DNA of 64,000 nucleotides from Macrostomum lignano (Eukaryota): NCBI GenBank assembly GCA_002269645.1, contig NIVC01002281.1, forward strand, positions 123,325 through 187,324. The letters run 5' to 3'. Both the position numbers and the translations under genes were made by a program. The notes beneath the pieces were generated by a model, which saw only the letters and a list, made by a program, of their open reading frames with translations, did not search any database and had not been told where the DNA came from. Shown here piece by piece: positions 60,851 through 64,000 of this stretch (within the stretch, counting starts at the first letter, position 1; the number at the start of each line of letters is the position of its first letter).

Positions 60851-61349
60851 AAAAAAAGCCTACGACTATGCTATGCTCAACTGATAACGGCCTTCAACTT
60901 AACGCAGAGTATTAGCGCAGAAACACAACAATGCTCCAGCATCTGCACGAGCCCAAGTAGCTTCATCGTAAAACAGTAGTCGTCGCTGCGTCGACTATTT
61001 TAATTCGCAGTGACGAGCCCTGTAGTTGCAGCCGTATGTGCCAGGAACTTTGCCTCGAGGGCCGTATATTTAACTTACAGTATGTATGGGCTACCTGCCG
61101 ATGTGCAACTTTATGTTGCGCAATCAATATATTGGCCCCGTGCACGGTGAGGAGAGGGCAAGGAAAAGTGCAAAGGTAGCTTGATACACTAAATCTCTTC
61201 CCCCACGCGAGAAAAAACCACGAACGTACAAGTAATGAATTACAAGTTTGACTTGATTGTTGTGTCTCTTGAACCACGAAAAAAGGGAAAAAACAAAGAC
61301 AAAATACAGCGGTCCGTTACGATCACGAAAATTAGAGTTTACAGGCGCC

Positions 61350-62170
61350 TGGTCAAACTCGGGTCACTGTAATTGTGCCGTCACTGGCTGTGCCTGTCGC
61401 ACTAGCGGTCTGTCAGGCCCGTGATCGCCTTCCGAATACAGGTCGTCCAACTCCCAGGGGCATGACTCAAAGCGGTTTCATGTTCCGCCGCATGGCAAGC
61501 TACGTCACACTGCAGCGTCATTGCATCGCCATCGACAGCTTTGACGACCCAAAGGCCGTGGGGTCGAACGGACACCTCAGCGTGGCCTTTTCGCGGCGGT
61601 CTCTGAGCATCACCGTGTGTCACAATACCGTGTTGCTGAAGCTGGTTCCCGAGGCGGCCTAGCTGCTTTGTAGGACCGGTGGGCAGGATGTCACTGATGT
61701 CTCTGTTGAGCACGAAGTTATTAGATATATGTTTGGTGCCCCGATGCACTGAGTTGCGGTATCCGAGCAGCCATTCGTGGATCGCCCGCCGGCAGTCCTT
61801 GCCTTCTATCGTGGCGGCATTGACAGTCTACGGTTGAAGCGCTCCACCTCGACGTTCGCTGCCGGTTAGAGAGGGGTGACTCCGCGATGTTGAACTCCAA
61901 GGCCGTCGAGAAACTCCTGGAATCGTCGCTCGTAAAGTAAGGTCGGTTTGTCCGTGGCGAGCTGCTGCGGCTCACCGAATCGGTTGAAGGAGGCCATATA
62001 CATGTAGCACAGTTGATGACGCTAGTGAGGCTGCGCACCACGTTAAAGTCTGGGGAGCTGCTGAAGTATTCTAGACCACCAAGACCACATTTGTAGGGAA
62101 CGGCCCGCAGGCGCTCAGCAAAGTTGACGGTAGTCAAAGTTGAGCATGATAGTGAACTTTCCAAGTGCAG
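61350..62170 (-). mobile_element. Decayed Ty3/gypsy integrase fragment
   Basis: Across frames: CGPFPT.VVLVV, EYFSSSP, FNRFGEPQQLATD...FQEFLDGLGVQHRGVTPL*PAANVEVERFNR (rve core, stop at 61866-61868), EGKDCRRAIHEWLLGYRNSVH, NRDISDILP. Confidence 0.8.
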
Positions 62171-63071
62171 AGATTCTATAAACCAGTTGAAGCCGGTTTT
62201 GCAGACTTGTGACTTGCAATTGGGTTGTAACCCAAAATATTAGTACAGAGTCAAGTAAAGTACAACTGACTGCCGAGTTGTCTGGATTTGTCTGGCGTGC
62301 TTGCTCTGTGTGAAGTGCTCTCTTACACTGGCGGATCTTTCACTTTAGCGTCTCGGTGGGACCTCCAGAAATACATGTAGTGTGTAGCGAGTCCGATATG
62401 TTTACTTTGTGAAGGTTAGGGTGCAGTTTCAGTAGTAGTATCTGATCTACGTCCACGGCTGCCACACGGTTACAGGAAAAAAGACAAAAAATCTACATGT
62501 AATCAAACAAATTTACCAAACACGATAAATAAAATACGCTAGAGAAATAGCATCCCTTGGTAGTGCTTCTTTGGTTTATTTTTTTACTTCATTATATCTG
62601 CAGTTCTTTTAAAACGACAGAATGCGCAGGGCACAGGTATGAATTCAATCCCAGCTCAGCCGGAAACGAAGCGAGACAGCTTGAGCAGTCCGGAGAGTCC
62701 AGCATCAGTGATGCCGTATGGCTGCGGCTTCCTTTTACCAGCAGTCTTATACAGGGGCACAAGATGATTGACGCCGCCCAACTTTCCTGTAGATCATAAT
62801 TCTATCTCGGGCAAAATTACAGGTATGAACGCGATGAAATTATACACGGCTCATGGCTGTTTCTGACATTTTTCTGCACAAAATAACCAAGAATTGTTTT
62901 GAGAAGCAGACTTTTTGTTTACTTTTGTGACTTATCATTTTAAGTCTATTCACTGAGGCCTAAGCTGTTTTAATCTGTGTAGTAGTAAAGTCTCAATCCA
63001 AAAATGGCTTAGTTCAAAAAGGTAATAAAATAGTGTTGTCACAAACTGCTCCAAAACTGGCTCATAGGCCG

Positions 63072-63170
63072 CAGGGGTCGCAAAACTTCGGCCTGGAGGC
63101 CACATGCGGCCCGCGAAACCTCTCTATCCGGCCCTCGGGTCCTTTGAAACTTCACAATAGCAATGCGGCC
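63072..63170 (+). mobile_element. Truncated hAT-type MITE end related to the element at 25287
   Basis: It begins CAGGGGTCGCAAAAC...GGCCACATGCGGCCC and shares CTCTCTATCCGGCCCTCGGGT with 25313-25333. No right end was found. Confidence 0.6.
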
Positions 63171-63189
63171 CGATCAAGACTTGTGTCTC

Positions 63190-63610
63190 TTCTCAGCTCT
63201 CTTCTTCTCCTCTCCTCTCCCCTCTCCTCTCCCCTCTCCTCTCTCCTCTCCTCTTCTCCTCTCCTTCTCCCTCTCCTCTCTCCTCTCCTCTCTCCTCTCC
63301 TCTCCCCTCTCCTTTTCCCTCTCCTCTCTCCTCTCCTCTCTCCTCTCCTCTCCCCTCTCCTCTCTCCTCTCCTCTCCCCTCTCCTCTCCCTCTCCTCTCT
63401 CCTCTCCTCTCCTTCTCCTCTCCCTCTCCTCTCCCCTCTCCTCTCCCCTCTCCTCTCTCCTCTCCTCTCCCCTCTCCTCTCCCTCTCCTCTCTCCTCTCC
63501 TCTCCCTTCTCCTCTCCCTCTCTCTCCCCTCTCTCCTCCCCTCTCCTCTCTCCTCACCTCTTCTCCTATCTTCTCTCTTATCTTTTCTCTAATTCCATCT
63601 CTCGCCCCTC
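63190..63610. repeat. CT-rich low-complexity tract ((CTCTC)n-like)
   Basis: Read directly. Confidence 0.97.
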
Positions 63611-64000
63611 TTCTCCACTTTGATCTCTAATTTCTATTCCCTTCTGAAATGAGACAAAGTTTACAAAATAAATTGGCTCAATCAAATAGAAGTTAATTCA
63701 CAGAAACGCGAGAAAACTAATAAGCAAAAAATCAGTTACTATTCCAGGTTCTCTGCTCAGTGACAACATGTTACTACATTATATTCCTGACTGATGTCTG
63801 TCATTTGTCTTCGTGAAAAAGCACCACTAACAGCATATGAGCTCGTACTGGGTCAGATTCCATGAGTACAAGTATAAACACTTTTCGTATATATATAATT
63901 AAGTAAGCTACTTGCATTCAGTTTCACGCCAGATTGTATTGCATGAGCGTACGCTCGTACAGCCCATTACCTCGTATTCATGGCTAGCTAACAAATCAGG

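Noticed and set aside
63033-63630. Leu/Ser/Pro-rich and Glu/Arg-rich ORFs
   Set aside because: Translations of the CT-rich low-complexity tract.

Overview
Eukaryotic (metazoan) genomic DNA: GC-rich exons inside AT-rich, repeat-laden introns with GT-AG splice sites. The repeat architecture resembles the flatworm Macrostomum lignano, but the species is my inference. I reconstructed six spliced genes by hand. On the minus strand: PI4K type II (5 exons, ~492 aa), a DUF389-family membrane protein (6 exons, ~806 aa), ARPC5 (2 exons, 158 aa), MCMDC2 (5 exons, ~735 aa) and PRPS (3 exons, 318 aa; exon 1 is absent from the ORF track). On the plus strand: a CUB-LDLa-transmembrane protein whose 5' exon I could not find. 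About 20 unrelated minisatellite arrays are present, and 15 of 18 coding introns carry one. Mobile DNA includes several hAT-type MITEs with 8-bp TSDs, a tRNA-derived CORE-like SINE, a non-autonomous Merlin (IS1595/ISXO2-like) element with TIRs, TSD and a transposase remnant, further inverted-repeat elements, and decayed Ty3/gypsy pol fragments. The most interesting observations are the Merlin element, a tandem array built from the MCMDC2 3' splice site, an intronic array carrying many sense-strand AATAAA motifs, and a telomere-like tract flanked by inverted repeats. I found no clearly new biological system; these are hypotheses to test.
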